Part shown: positions 19,692 through 27,558 of the stretch, one piece after another | Layout: each line of letters starts with the position of its first letter | How positions within the stretch are numbered: the stretch's first letter is position 1 | NCBI GenBank assembly: GCA_041392125.1 | Contig: JAWKMR010000008.1 | Coordinates: 28,701 to 92,700, forward strand | DNA: 64,000 nt | Source: Flavobacteriaceae bacterium | GTDB taxonomy: Bacteria; Bacteroidota; Bacteroidia; Flavobacteriales; Flavobacteriaceae | Direction: 5' to 3' | The notes under the pieces: generated by a model | What the model was told of the DNA's origin: nothing | The model's input: only the letters and a program-made list of their open reading frames with translations | Database searches by the model: none | Program-made: the position numbers and the translations under genes

Positions 19692-22169
19692 TTAATTCAA
19701 TAAATTTAAAAAAGTAAGCCCAAAAATAAAGGCTCCCTGGCTATTCCCTTGAAAATACGATTGTACATAGTCGAGGCGTAACAATCGATATTTTCCCCAT
19801 CCAAGGTTATCCAGTCCTAAGGAAACCTCACTATAGGGCAAATTATCTTGTGTGCTTAGATAGTGTCCTCCAATGACTAAGTTAAATCCTAGTTGGTTAA
19901 TACCGGGAATTTTATTGAGAAGCCATCCTTTAAAATTATGCTCTGCATGGGCTTCAAAATAGCTATTATTGGTACTTAAACTGTAATATGGAAGAAGGTT
20001 AAATACGTTAGTATAATTACTACTGGTTCCCACTCGAGTTTGGTTTCCGTTAAAATGTTGAAAATCGATAAAAGAAATATTTTCGGCATTAAAAAAAGTA
20101 CCTCCTTTTAAATTGTAGTTTAATTCTCCTATATTTCCAAGCTTCAACTCTTGATGCATCCTCGCTTTTAGCTGAGTGAAATTATAGTCAGGGTCGCTTC
20201 CTGCAAAAGCATTTTCTATCCCTAAAGTAAGGATTGGGTATTTGGAATCGCCATAATTGAATTTTCCATCGGGATAAGTCATGTATTTTTGCGCGAATGA
20301 AATATTTGCTTCAAGATTCGTTTTAATGAGATGGTGTTCTAAAAAAGCAGCACTGTTGTTATCGTTTGGGAATAAAGGATTATTGCTACTATATTGAATA
20401 TCTTCCTGCGGAAAAAAAACCTGATTTGTGTTATTAAATAGTGAAGTTCTGTTTTGATAACTTACTGAAAGATTTGTACGTACCCCGTTCGTTATTTCCT
20501 GAAACCAAGCGACGCCTGCATAATTAAGTTCAAAAACCTTCATATAGTTTCTTTCGAAAAACAAGGTAGAAATACTATTAATAAAGGGAGAAATAGGGTT
20601 GTTACCATTAAATTGCTTTACTTCACTTCCTGCAAAAGCAGAAAGTTGCAATCTGTTGGTGCTATTAAACTTTTTTGTGAGGCTGCCTTTCCAACGTAAG
20701 CGATCTTCAGAAACGCCATAATTAGCGGAAAGGTTGGCGTATAGCCATTGGGTTCGGTTTTCATCATACCATGTAAAAAAGGTAAGCCCTGCATTTCCAT
20801 TCCATCCTTGAACCGTATTGAAATTAATGCCGGGTAAAGGAGCATTGTAACTTAGTTCCCACTTACTATACGTGTTTTTATAAGAATATCCTGTAAATGG
20901 ACTCAGTAAGCTAAATTTATTATTTTTGGCATCAATGGAGTCCAGATACTGTTTTGATTTTCGAAGTTCCTGAATACTATCTTTTTTAAGATAATCTTTG
21001 GTTTCTTCTTCGGTAAGTTGCACAGGACGTTTTTCTTCCCAAAAAAGACTGTCTTTTTTATTCGCTTGGGGTTCAAAATAGAGAACTTCATTTCCGAAGA
21101 ATTTTTTGTTAAAATTTGGGGTGAAAGAATAGTTACTATAAACGGCAATAAAACGCCCGTCTCCGTTAAAACCTAAAAATCCGAAACTAAAATCGATGGT
21201 TTGTGAAATTTTTATCCAAGCATTTTCAGTGCCATCGTACTTAAAATTTTGCTTAAAAATGAGCTCTTTCACAAAGGGAATTTGTATGGCGGTTCCGGTA
21301 GTTTTTAAATCCAAGCCGTATAATTGCCAATCGTCTTCTACAATGTAAATAATTCCTTCCCAAATGCGGTCATTGGCGCGTTTGGGAGAAACTTTTATTT
21401 TATTAATAAGCTTATTGCCTTCGTAAAAAACACCTTCCAATTTGTATTTGTAATAACTCAAGGCATTGGAAGCAATGGGCGAAACAATTTGGGTATTGAG
21501 ATCTACAGCATTTTCATAAAAGTTGAAATTAGCATCCTGAGCACTGTTAAAGCTGAAACCATTGTCATTTCCGCTTAGTTTGCTTGCTACAATAGTCTCC
21601 TTAAAATCATTTGGTTTTCTATAGGCTATATGGCTTATCGTTTCTGAAAGATAAATAATACCCGTGCGGGTTGAGTCTAAAGCGCCATCAAAATCACCTA
21701 CTTCCTGACCTAAAATCTTTTTTGGGATACTGTCCACACGCCAAATACCTCTAGAGTAAAAATCGGCAGTATATTCTGAAATCTTATCGAGGTTTTCTTT
21801 TCTTTTGGCAATGGTTTCTCTAATAATTCGATAGGCAGGGTCTTCAGAAGTGTTAATAACTACTTCCTCCAAACTAACAGTGGCTTCTTTTAACGATACA
21901 TTTAAAATAAAAGGAAAGCTATCTACAGCAACTTCTTTTTTAATCGTTTCAAACCCTAAGTATTGAAAAATTAGAGTATAACTCCCTTTTTCTAAAACCT
22001 CTAAGGAATACTTTCCATCCTCATTACTGGTGGTGCCTGTGTATGAATCTTCCAGATAAATATTAACGTAGGGTAGGGGTTGGTTGTTGGTGTCGGTAAC
22101 TGTTCCTTCAATTTGGGCAGTCGAGCTAAAGGCAATGAGAAGGCAGAAAAGGGCAAACGTTTGTTTCAT
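19692..22169 (-). CDS. DUF5686 plus carboxypeptidase-regulatory-like domain outer membrane protein
   Basis: N-terminal GTVTD...LPYVNI...GTTSNEDG domain, DPAYRII, YLSETIS and SPIA...YKYKL motifs, beta-barrel-like C-terminus. Confidence 0.8.
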   Translation of the reverse strand: MKQTFALFCLLIAFSSTAQIEGTVTDTNNQPLPYVNIYLEDSYTGTTSNEDGKYSLEVLEKGSYTLIFQYLGFETIKKEVAVDSFPFILNVSLKEATVSLEEVVINTSEDPAYRIIRETIAKRKENLDKISEYTADFYSRGIWRVDSIPKKILGQEVGDFDGALDSTRTGIIYLSETISHIAYRKPNDFKETIVASKLSGNDNGFSFNSAQDANFNFYENAVDLNTQIVSPIASNALSYYKYKLEGVFYEGNKLINKIKVSPKRANDRIWEGIIYIVEDDWQLYGLDLKTTGTAIQIPFVKELIFKQNFKYDGTENAWIKISQTIDFSFGFLGFNGDGRFIAVYSNYSFTPNFNKKFFGNEVLYFEPQANKKDSLFWEEKRPVQLTEEETKDYLKKDSIQELRKSKQYLDSIDAKNNKFSLLSPFTGYSYKNTYSKWELSYNAPLPGINFNTVQGWNGNAGLTFFTWYDENRTQWLYANLSANYGVSEDRLRWKGSLTKKFNSTNRLQLSAFAGSEVKQFNGNNPISPFINSISTLFFERNYMKVFELNYAGVAWFQEITNGVRTNLSVSYQNRTSLFNNTNQVFFPQEDIQYSSNNPLFPNDNNSAAFLEHHLIKTNLEANISFAQKYMTYPDGKFNYGDSKYPILTLGIENAFAGSDPDYNFTQLKARMHQELKLGNIGELNYNLKGGTFFNAENISFIDFQHFNGNQTRVGTSSNYTNVFNLLPYYSLSTNNSYFEAHAEHNFKGWLLNKIPGINQLGFNLVIGGHYLSTQDNLPYSEVSLGLDNLGWGKYRLLRLDYVQSYFQGNSQGAFIFGLTFLNLLN

Positions 22170-22267
22170 ATAAGATTACTTCTATGGAATAGACGTAAAA
22201 TGGGATAACATGGTTGTTTCAAGGTGGAAAATTACAATAAAAAGTAGAGGAAATTCTTAAAGAAATG

Positions 22268-22732
22268 TTAGTTGTTAAATGCTTTTTTAATTCGGCTTAA
22301 ATCACGTTTAGTATCTCGTTCTTTCATTACTTCACGCTTATCGAATTGTTTTTTACCTCTACAAAGAGCTATTTCTAGTTTAGCAAGCCCTTTTTCATTC
22401 GTGAAAAGCAGTAGGGGAACAATAGTTAATCCGGAGTTTTTGACCTCTTTTTCTAGTTTTTTTAACTCTTTCCTATTGAGGAGTAACTTACGCTCCGTTT
22501 TGGGGTTGTGGGTAAAGTGAGAGGCGTGAGAGTATTCCTGAATGGTCATATTAATAGCAAACAACTCGCTATTTGAAAACTCACAAAAACTTTCAGCAAT
22601 AGAGGCTTTTCCTTCCCTAATAGCTTTTATTTCGGTTCCCCGAAGTACTATTCCGGCAGTAAAAGTTTCAAGAATTTCGTATTCAAAACGAGCCTTTCGG
22701 TTTTTAATCTGTACGCTTTTTTGTATTGCCAT
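22268..22732 (-). CDS. smpB: SsrA-binding protein SmpB
   Basis: NRKARFEY, AGIVLRGTEIKAIR, RKLLL and GKKQFDKR motifs. Confidence 0.97.
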   Translation of the reverse strand: MAIQKSVQIKNRKARFEYEILETFTAGIVLRGTEIKAIREGKASIAESFCEFSNSELFAINMTIQEYSHASHFTHNPKTERKLLLNRKELKKLEKEVKNSGLTIVPLLLFTNEKGLAKLEIALCRGKKQFDKREVMKERDTKRDLSRIKKAFNN

Positions 22733-22760
22733 GGATATAAGAACAAATAAATCCTTTCTA

Positions 22761-23288
22761 TTATAATTCTACCTTTTTGATATTTGCCGATTTTTTTTCT
22801 TTTTTGATTTGAACTATATAAAGCCGCGAATTATCGTCGTCGGGGATATCTTCAAACGTTCCGGCCTCTAACAGGTGATTTACCAACATGGGAGTCGTAT
22901 TACTATGTCCCACAATAAGAATTCTTTGCCCTTTCGTTTCTTTCTTAAATTCTTCTGAAACTAAGGTGTTAGGATCATAAGTTTCAATAGGGAGGTTTTT
23001 ATTTTTCGATATAAATTGTGCTGTTTGCTGTGTCCTTATATACTTGGTAGCATATAATTTGTCAAGCGGAATACTATCAAAATAACTTGCCCACAATTTG
23101 GCTCTTTCAATTCCCCTTTCGGTAAGTGCAGGGTTGGTATTGGTAGAATCACTTCTGTCTTTTTCCGCATGGCGAATAAGATAGTAAGTGGTTACAGCGT
23201 CGATAGGCAAGGATTCTTTTTCTTTACTTTCATTTTTACAAGAAGAAAAAACAATTAAGCTTAAACAAATTGTGATTACTCTAAACAT
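22761..23288 (-). CDS. Histidine phosphatase family (SixA/PGM-like) lipoprotein
   Basis: Lipobox FSSC; YLIRHAEK, RTQQTA and LIVGHSNT motifs. Confidence 0.85.
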   Translation of the reverse strand: MFRVITICLSLIVFSSCKNESKEKESLPIDAVTTYYLIRHAEKDRSDSTNTNPALTERGIERAKLWASYFDSIPLDKLYATKYIRTQQTAQFISKNKNLPIETYDPNTLVSEEFKKETKGQRILIVGHSNTTPMLVNHLLEAGTFEDIPDDDNSRLYIVQIKKEKKSANIKKVEL

Positions 23289-23382
23289 CTTTTTTTAATT
23301 TCTGAAACCAAAGATACTTTTATTACGTAAATGTAATTGAGGTTTTAGAGTTAAAGTTGTTTGTTTGATTGCTGTGAAGAAG

Positions 23383-23425
23383 AGAAAGCCCTCCAAAGCA
23401 CCTGCTGCGGAGGGTTTTCTTGTTT
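23383..23425. terminator. Intrinsic terminator, possibly bidirectional
   Basis: 12-bp stem AGAAAGCCCTCC (23383-23394) / GGAGGGTTTTCT (23409-23420); T-rich tails on both strands. Confidence 0.75.
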
Positions 23426-23549
23426 ATAAATACGTTATAATGGTAAGGGTAGAGTATACTGTAGAAAAAACGGTAACACATAGAATGTATAAACCCAGAG
23501 TGTGATTTCTACCGGAATGTTTTTTTGATTGTAATTGATTGGTTTTCAT
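23424..23549 (-). CDS. Unannotated 41-aa small protein with C-terminal hydrophobic helix
   Basis: My translation: MKTNQLQSKKHSGRNHTLGLYILCVTVFSTVYSTLTIITYL*. A-rich start context; flanked by an ECF-type promoter and a terminator. Confidence 0.6.
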   Translation of the reverse strand: MKTNQLQSKKHSGRNHTLGLYILCVTVFSTVYSTLTIITYL

Positions 23550-23574
23550 TTTGTTCGTTTTATTGATTGGTTAC

Positions 23575-23606
23575 TATAAAGACGAACAACCTGAAATTTT
23601 GTTACA
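23575..23606 (-). promoter_or_regulatory. ECF sigma-type promoter
   Basis: Minus strand TGTAAC-N16-CGTCTTTATA; matches the sites at 52044-52075 and 56829-56860. Confidence 0.7.
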
Positions 23607-24087
23607 CTTTATTTTTTTTGAAAGCTGAAATACGTTCCTCAAAAGAATTTTCAGTAACAGGGCTTTTGACGCGTTCAAATAGTTGTAAAAAATCTTCCGA
23701 ATGTTTTTCACGGCGTTGTTCCAATAGATTGAAATGAACATAACTGCTCCACATAAGTGCCTTCATTTCAGTTTTGTCAGTATTTAACATTCGTAATTCC
23801 ACTTGAATACTAGTATCGTTATACGATAGCAATTGCGATTGAATGGTCACTTCTTCCATTAACCATGCAGGGCGTAAATAAGCTATTTGATTACTTCCTA
23901 CTACCCAACTTTTTCCCTCTTCACGTCCCATTTTATAAATATCTATACCGTAATGTTTTATGAGTTGGTCTTCACGTGCATTGACCATATAATTCAAATA
24001 TTCAGAATTGTTTAAATGATTAAAAGGATCGCAATGTTGAAAACGAATTAATGTTTTACTTTCTAATATAATGGGAGGATTTTGCAT
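23602..24087 (-). CDS. Acyl-CoA thioesterase (4HBT/hot-dog fold; likely start ATG 24087)
   Basis: IRFQHCDPFNHLNNSEYL hot-dog motif. The ORF-track upstream extension runs through a terminator. Confidence 0.85.
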   Translation of the reverse strand: MQNPPIILESKTLIRFQHCDPFNHLNNSEYLNYMVNAREDQLIKHYGIDIYKMGREEGKSWVVGSNQIAYLRPAWLMEEVTIQSQLLSYNDTSIQVELRMLNTDKTEMKALMWSSYVHFNLLEQRREKHSEDFLQLFERVKSPVTENSFEERISAFKKNKV

Positions 24088-24100
24088 AAAATTAATTTTA

Positions 24101-24141
24101 AACAAAAATACGACCCTTGAGAGAAAATCCAAAGGGTCGTA
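24101..24141 (-). terminator. clpB intrinsic terminator
   Basis: TACGACCCTT (24109-24118) / AAGGGTCGTA (24132-24141) stem, followed on the minus strand by TTTTTGTT. Confidence 0.8.
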
Positions 24142-24199
24142 CTTACTAACCAATCAAATTATAAAACGGGTTTTTTGAAGGAAACCGAACCTTTGCTAA

Positions 24200-26803
24200 T
24201 TATTGCTTTACTAAATCTTCTTGATTTCTGAAAACCAATTGGTCATCAAAACTGTCTAATAAAATAATGCTATCTACACTTATTTTTCCTGAAAGGATTT
24301 CTTTTGAAAGTGCATTTAACACTTCTTTCTGAATCACTCTTTTTACTGGGCGTGCTCCATATTGTGGATCAAATCCATGTTTAGAAAGGTGTTCAATAGC
24401 TTCTTCCGTAGCATCCAAGGTAATGTGTTGCTTTGCCAACATTTTTGTGACTCCTTTTAACTGAAGTCCAACTATTTGTTTAATATCCTTTTGTGTTAAG
24501 GGTGTAAACATGATAATGTCATCAATTCTGTTTAAAAACTCTGGTCGTACCGATTGTTTTAGTAATCCAAGTACTTCTACTTTGGCAGCTTCCATAGCGG
24601 TGTCAATGTCTTTAACACTTTCAAATTTGTCTTGAATTATATGGCTTCCCATATTACTGGTCATAATAATGATGGTATTTTTGAAATCGGCCACACGTCC
24701 TTTATTATCGGTTAATCGGCCTTCGTCTAATACCTGTAATAAAATATTGAAAGTATCCGGGTGTGCCTTTTCAATCTCATCAAGTAATACTACCGAATAA
24801 GGTTTTCTTCGTACCGCTTCTGTTAATTGGCCACCTTCATCATAGCCTACGTAGCCAGGAGGAGCTCCTACCAATCTGCTCACACTATGGCGTTCTTGAT
24901 ATTCGCTCATGTCAATACGGGTCATGGCATTTTCATCATCAAAAAGATATTCTGCAAGTGCTTTTGCCAATTCTGTTTTACCTACTCCTGTTGTTCCTAA
25001 AAACAGAAAGGAGCCAATAGGCTTTTTAGCATCTTGCAATCCGGCTCTGCTGCGACGAATGGCATCGCTAACAGCCGCAATAGCTTCTTCTTGCCCCACC
25101 ACACGTTTGTGTAGTTCGTCTTCCAATTTTAAGAGTTTGTCTCGTTCACTTTGTATCATTTTGGTAACCGGAATTCCGGTCCATTTGGCAACCACTTCGG
25201 CAATATCTTCATAAGTAACTTCCTCTTTAATCATAGAACTTTCCCCTTGGGTAGAGGCTAATTCACTTTCAAATTTTGAAAGGTTTTCTTGGGCGTCTTT
25301 AATTTTGCCGTAGCGTATCTCGGCTACTTTCCCAAAATCTCCATCTCGTTCGGCCCGCTCTGCTTCTAATTTATATTCTTCAATCTGTTTCTTGCTATTC
25401 TGAATATTTTCCACGACTTCTTTTTCACTCTTCCACTTGGCATTCAGTTCATTACGTTCTTCTTTTAAATTGGCCAAATCACTGCGTAATACCTTCAATT
25501 TAGCTTCATCGCCTTCTCTTTTAATGGCTTCAATTTCAATTTCTAATTGCATTATTTTTCGGTCCAACACATCTAATTCTTCCGGTTTGGAGTTGATTTC
25601 CATTCGTAGTTTTGAAGCAGCTTCATCCATTAAGTCAATAGCTTTATCTGGCAAAAATCGATTGGTGATATAGCGTTGTGAAAGTTCTACCGCCGCAATA
25701 ATAGCTTCGTCTTTAATACGTACTTTGTGATGTGTTTCGTATTTTTCTTTAATTCCGCGGAGAATAGAAATAGCACTTTCGGTATCGGGCTCATCTACCA
25801 ACACCTTTTGAAACCTACGCTCTAACGCTTTGTCTTTTTCAAAATATTTTTGATATTCATCTAGCGTGGTAGCTCCAATTGCACGGAGTTCACCTCTAGC
25901 CAAGGCAGGTTTTAAAATATTGGCTGCATCCATAGCACCTTGTCCGCCACCGGCACCCACCAAAGTATGGATTTCATCAATAAACAGGACAATATCTCCA
26001 TCGCTGGAAGTAACTTCTTTAATTACCGCTTTAAGACGCTCTTCGAACTCTCCTTTATATTTTGCCCCTGCAATAAGCGCTCCCATATCTAGAGAATAAA
26101 TCTCTTTAGTTTTTAAATTTTCTGGAACATCGCCATCTACAATACGGTGGGCTAATCCTTCGGCAATGGCCGTTTTACCGGTTCCTGGTTCTCCTACTAA
26201 CATAGGATTGTTTTTGGTGCGACGCGATAAAATTTGAAGAATTCTTCGTATTTCCTCATCGCGACCAATTACAGGATCGAGTTTTCCGTCTCTAGCTAAC
26301 TGATTTAAGTTGCGCGCGTATTTGCTTAAAGAGTTGTATGTGTCCTCAGCACTTTGGGAGGTTACTCTATCTCCTTTGCGCAATTCTTCAATGGCAGCTT
26401 TAAGGCCTTTTTCGGTTACACCTTGGTCTTTTAAACTTTGCGCAGTGGTACTTTTTGAGTTAAATATTGCCAGCAGTAAGTGTTCCACACTTACAAACTC
26501 ATCACTCATTTTTTTTGCTATAATACTAGCCTCATTTACTGTTTTTCCGGCTTCTCGAGAAAGCATTAAATCTCCTCCCGAGACTTTAGGGAAAGACTCT
26601 AGTTGTTTGTCTATTATTTGTTGAAGTACACTTACATTTACATTCAGTTTCTTGAGGATGAAGGGTAATACGTTTTCATCCACCTCAAATAAGGCCTTCA
26701 GTAAATGTTCATTTTCAATTTGTTGATGTCCAAAGCTTTGTGCAAGTTGTTGTGCTTGCTGAATGGCTTCTTGACTTTTTATTGTGAAATTATTAAAGTT
26801 CAT
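24200..26803 (-). CDS. clpB: Chaperone ClpB
   Basis: Two AAA+ modules ([16 protein letters not shown]), M-domain coiled coil, 867 aa. Confidence 0.97.
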   Translation of the reverse strand: MNFNNFTIKSQEAIQQAQQLAQSFGHQQIENEHLLKALFEVDENVLPFILKKLNVNVSVLQQIIDKQLESFPKVSGGDLMLSREAGKTVNEASIIAKKMSDEFVSVEHLLLAIFNSKSTTAQSLKDQGVTEKGLKAAIEELRKGDRVTSQSAEDTYNSLSKYARNLNQLARDGKLDPVIGRDEEIRRILQILSRRTKNNPMLVGEPGTGKTAIAEGLAHRIVDGDVPENLKTKEIYSLDMGALIAGAKYKGEFEERLKAVIKEVTSSDGDIVLFIDEIHTLVGAGGGQGAMDAANILKPALARGELRAIGATTLDEYQKYFEKDKALERRFQKVLVDEPDTESAISILRGIKEKYETHHKVRIKDEAIIAAVELSQRYITNRFLPDKAIDLMDEAASKLRMEINSKPEELDVLDRKIMQLEIEIEAIKREGDEAKLKVLRSDLANLKEERNELNAKWKSEKEVVENIQNSKKQIEEYKLEAERAERDGDFGKVAEIRYGKIKDAQENLSKFESELASTQGESSMIKEEVTYEDIAEVVAKWTGIPVTKMIQSERDKLLKLEDELHKRVVGQEEAIAAVSDAIRRSRAGLQDAKKPIGSFLFLGTTGVGKTELAKALAEYLFDDENAMTRIDMSEYQERHSVSRLVGAPPGYVGYDEGGQLTEAVRRKPYSVVLLDEIEKAHPDTFNILLQVLDEGRLTDNKGRVADFKNTIIIMTSNMGSHIIQDKFESVKDIDTAMEAAKVEVLGLLKQSVRPEFLNRIDDIIMFTPLTQKDIKQIVGLQLKGVTKMLAKQHITLDATEEAIEHLSKHGFDPQYGARPVKRVIQKEVLNALSKEILSGKISVDSIILLDSFDDQLVFRNQEDLVKQ

Positions 26804-26825
26804 AGTATTTATTTTTGTTGTCTAC

Positions 26826-26902
26826 GTCAAAAGATATGCCCATGCTATTTTAAGACAAAATGACGTATAATTTTATTCAAAAGAGGACATTTTGACGTAT
26901 AA
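26826..26902 (-). promoter_or_regulatory. Sigma-54-like promoter of clpB with two upstream repeated boxes
   Basis: Minus strand GGGCATATCTTTTGAC (GG-N10-GA) at 26826-26841; direct repeats GACA-nnn-TGACGTATAA at 26854 and 26886. Confidence 0.6.
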
Positions 26903-26986
26903 AAATTGCTTTGCATGTTATTTTGAATGTATCTTTGGTGAGAATATACAGATTATTAGGGGGAGCGATTTTTTTAAATTTTATAA

Positions 26987-27538
26987 ATGATACAAAATTT
27001 AAGGAAAGAGCAATGGAAAAAAATCGTTTTCGACGATGGCATTGACGAGAAGGAACACTTCAAAATTTCAAACTACGGAAGAGTTATTAATTGTAAAGGA
27101 CCAAAAGAATTTCTTGTAAAAGAGTCGTTTATAAATGGCTACAGAAACCTTCCGGTAAAACAAAAGAAGAATCAGAAATCTACCAGTAGGTATGTGCATA
27201 AACTGGTTGCACAACATTTTTTGGAACAAGGAGAAGAGTGCCAGTACGTTATTCATCTAAATTACGATAAAACCAACAATAGTGTAGAGAATCTTAGGTG
27301 GGCTACTAAGCGTGAAAAAGAAGTACATCAATTCAGTAATCCGGAATACAAAAATAAGCCCAGACAACGCACCTATGCTAAGCTTACAGAAGCTAAAGTA
27401 ATGCTTATTAAAAGGAAAATTAACGACCCCAATCGAAGGACTAGATTAAAAATGATTGCCAAACAATTTGGGATTTCTGAAATGCAATTGTATCGCATAA
27501 AAACCGGCGAAAACTGGTCTAGTGTTAAGGAATATTGA
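26987..27538 (+). CDS. NUMOD4 + HNH-like + C-terminal HTH protein
   Basis: EQWK...ISNYGRV (NUMOD4); YVHKLVAQHF...VIHLNYDKTNN..ENLRW (HNH fold); AKLTE.KV...IAKQFGIS...LYRIKTGENW (HTH). Confidence 0.8.
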   Translation: MIQNLRKEQWKKIVFDDGIDEKEHFKISNYGRVINCKGPKEFLVKESFINGYRNLPVKQKKNQKSTSRYVHKLVAQHFLEQGEECQYVIHLNYDKTNNSVENLRWATKREKEVHQFSNPEYKNKPRQRTYAKLTEAKVMLIKRKINDPNRRTRLKMIAKQFGISEMQLYRIKTGENWSSVKEY

Positions 27539-27558
27539 TGTTTATATTAAAAAAACTA

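Noticed and set aside
22268-22732. tmRNA next to smpB
   Set aside because: The flanking gaps are too short and no tRNA-like ends are seen.
24763-26624. Several plus-strand ORFs inside clpB (likewise the antisense ORFs in lon, rny, xerD, glyA and the HTCS gene)
   Set aside because: Antisense shadows of conserved genes with no protein-like motifs.
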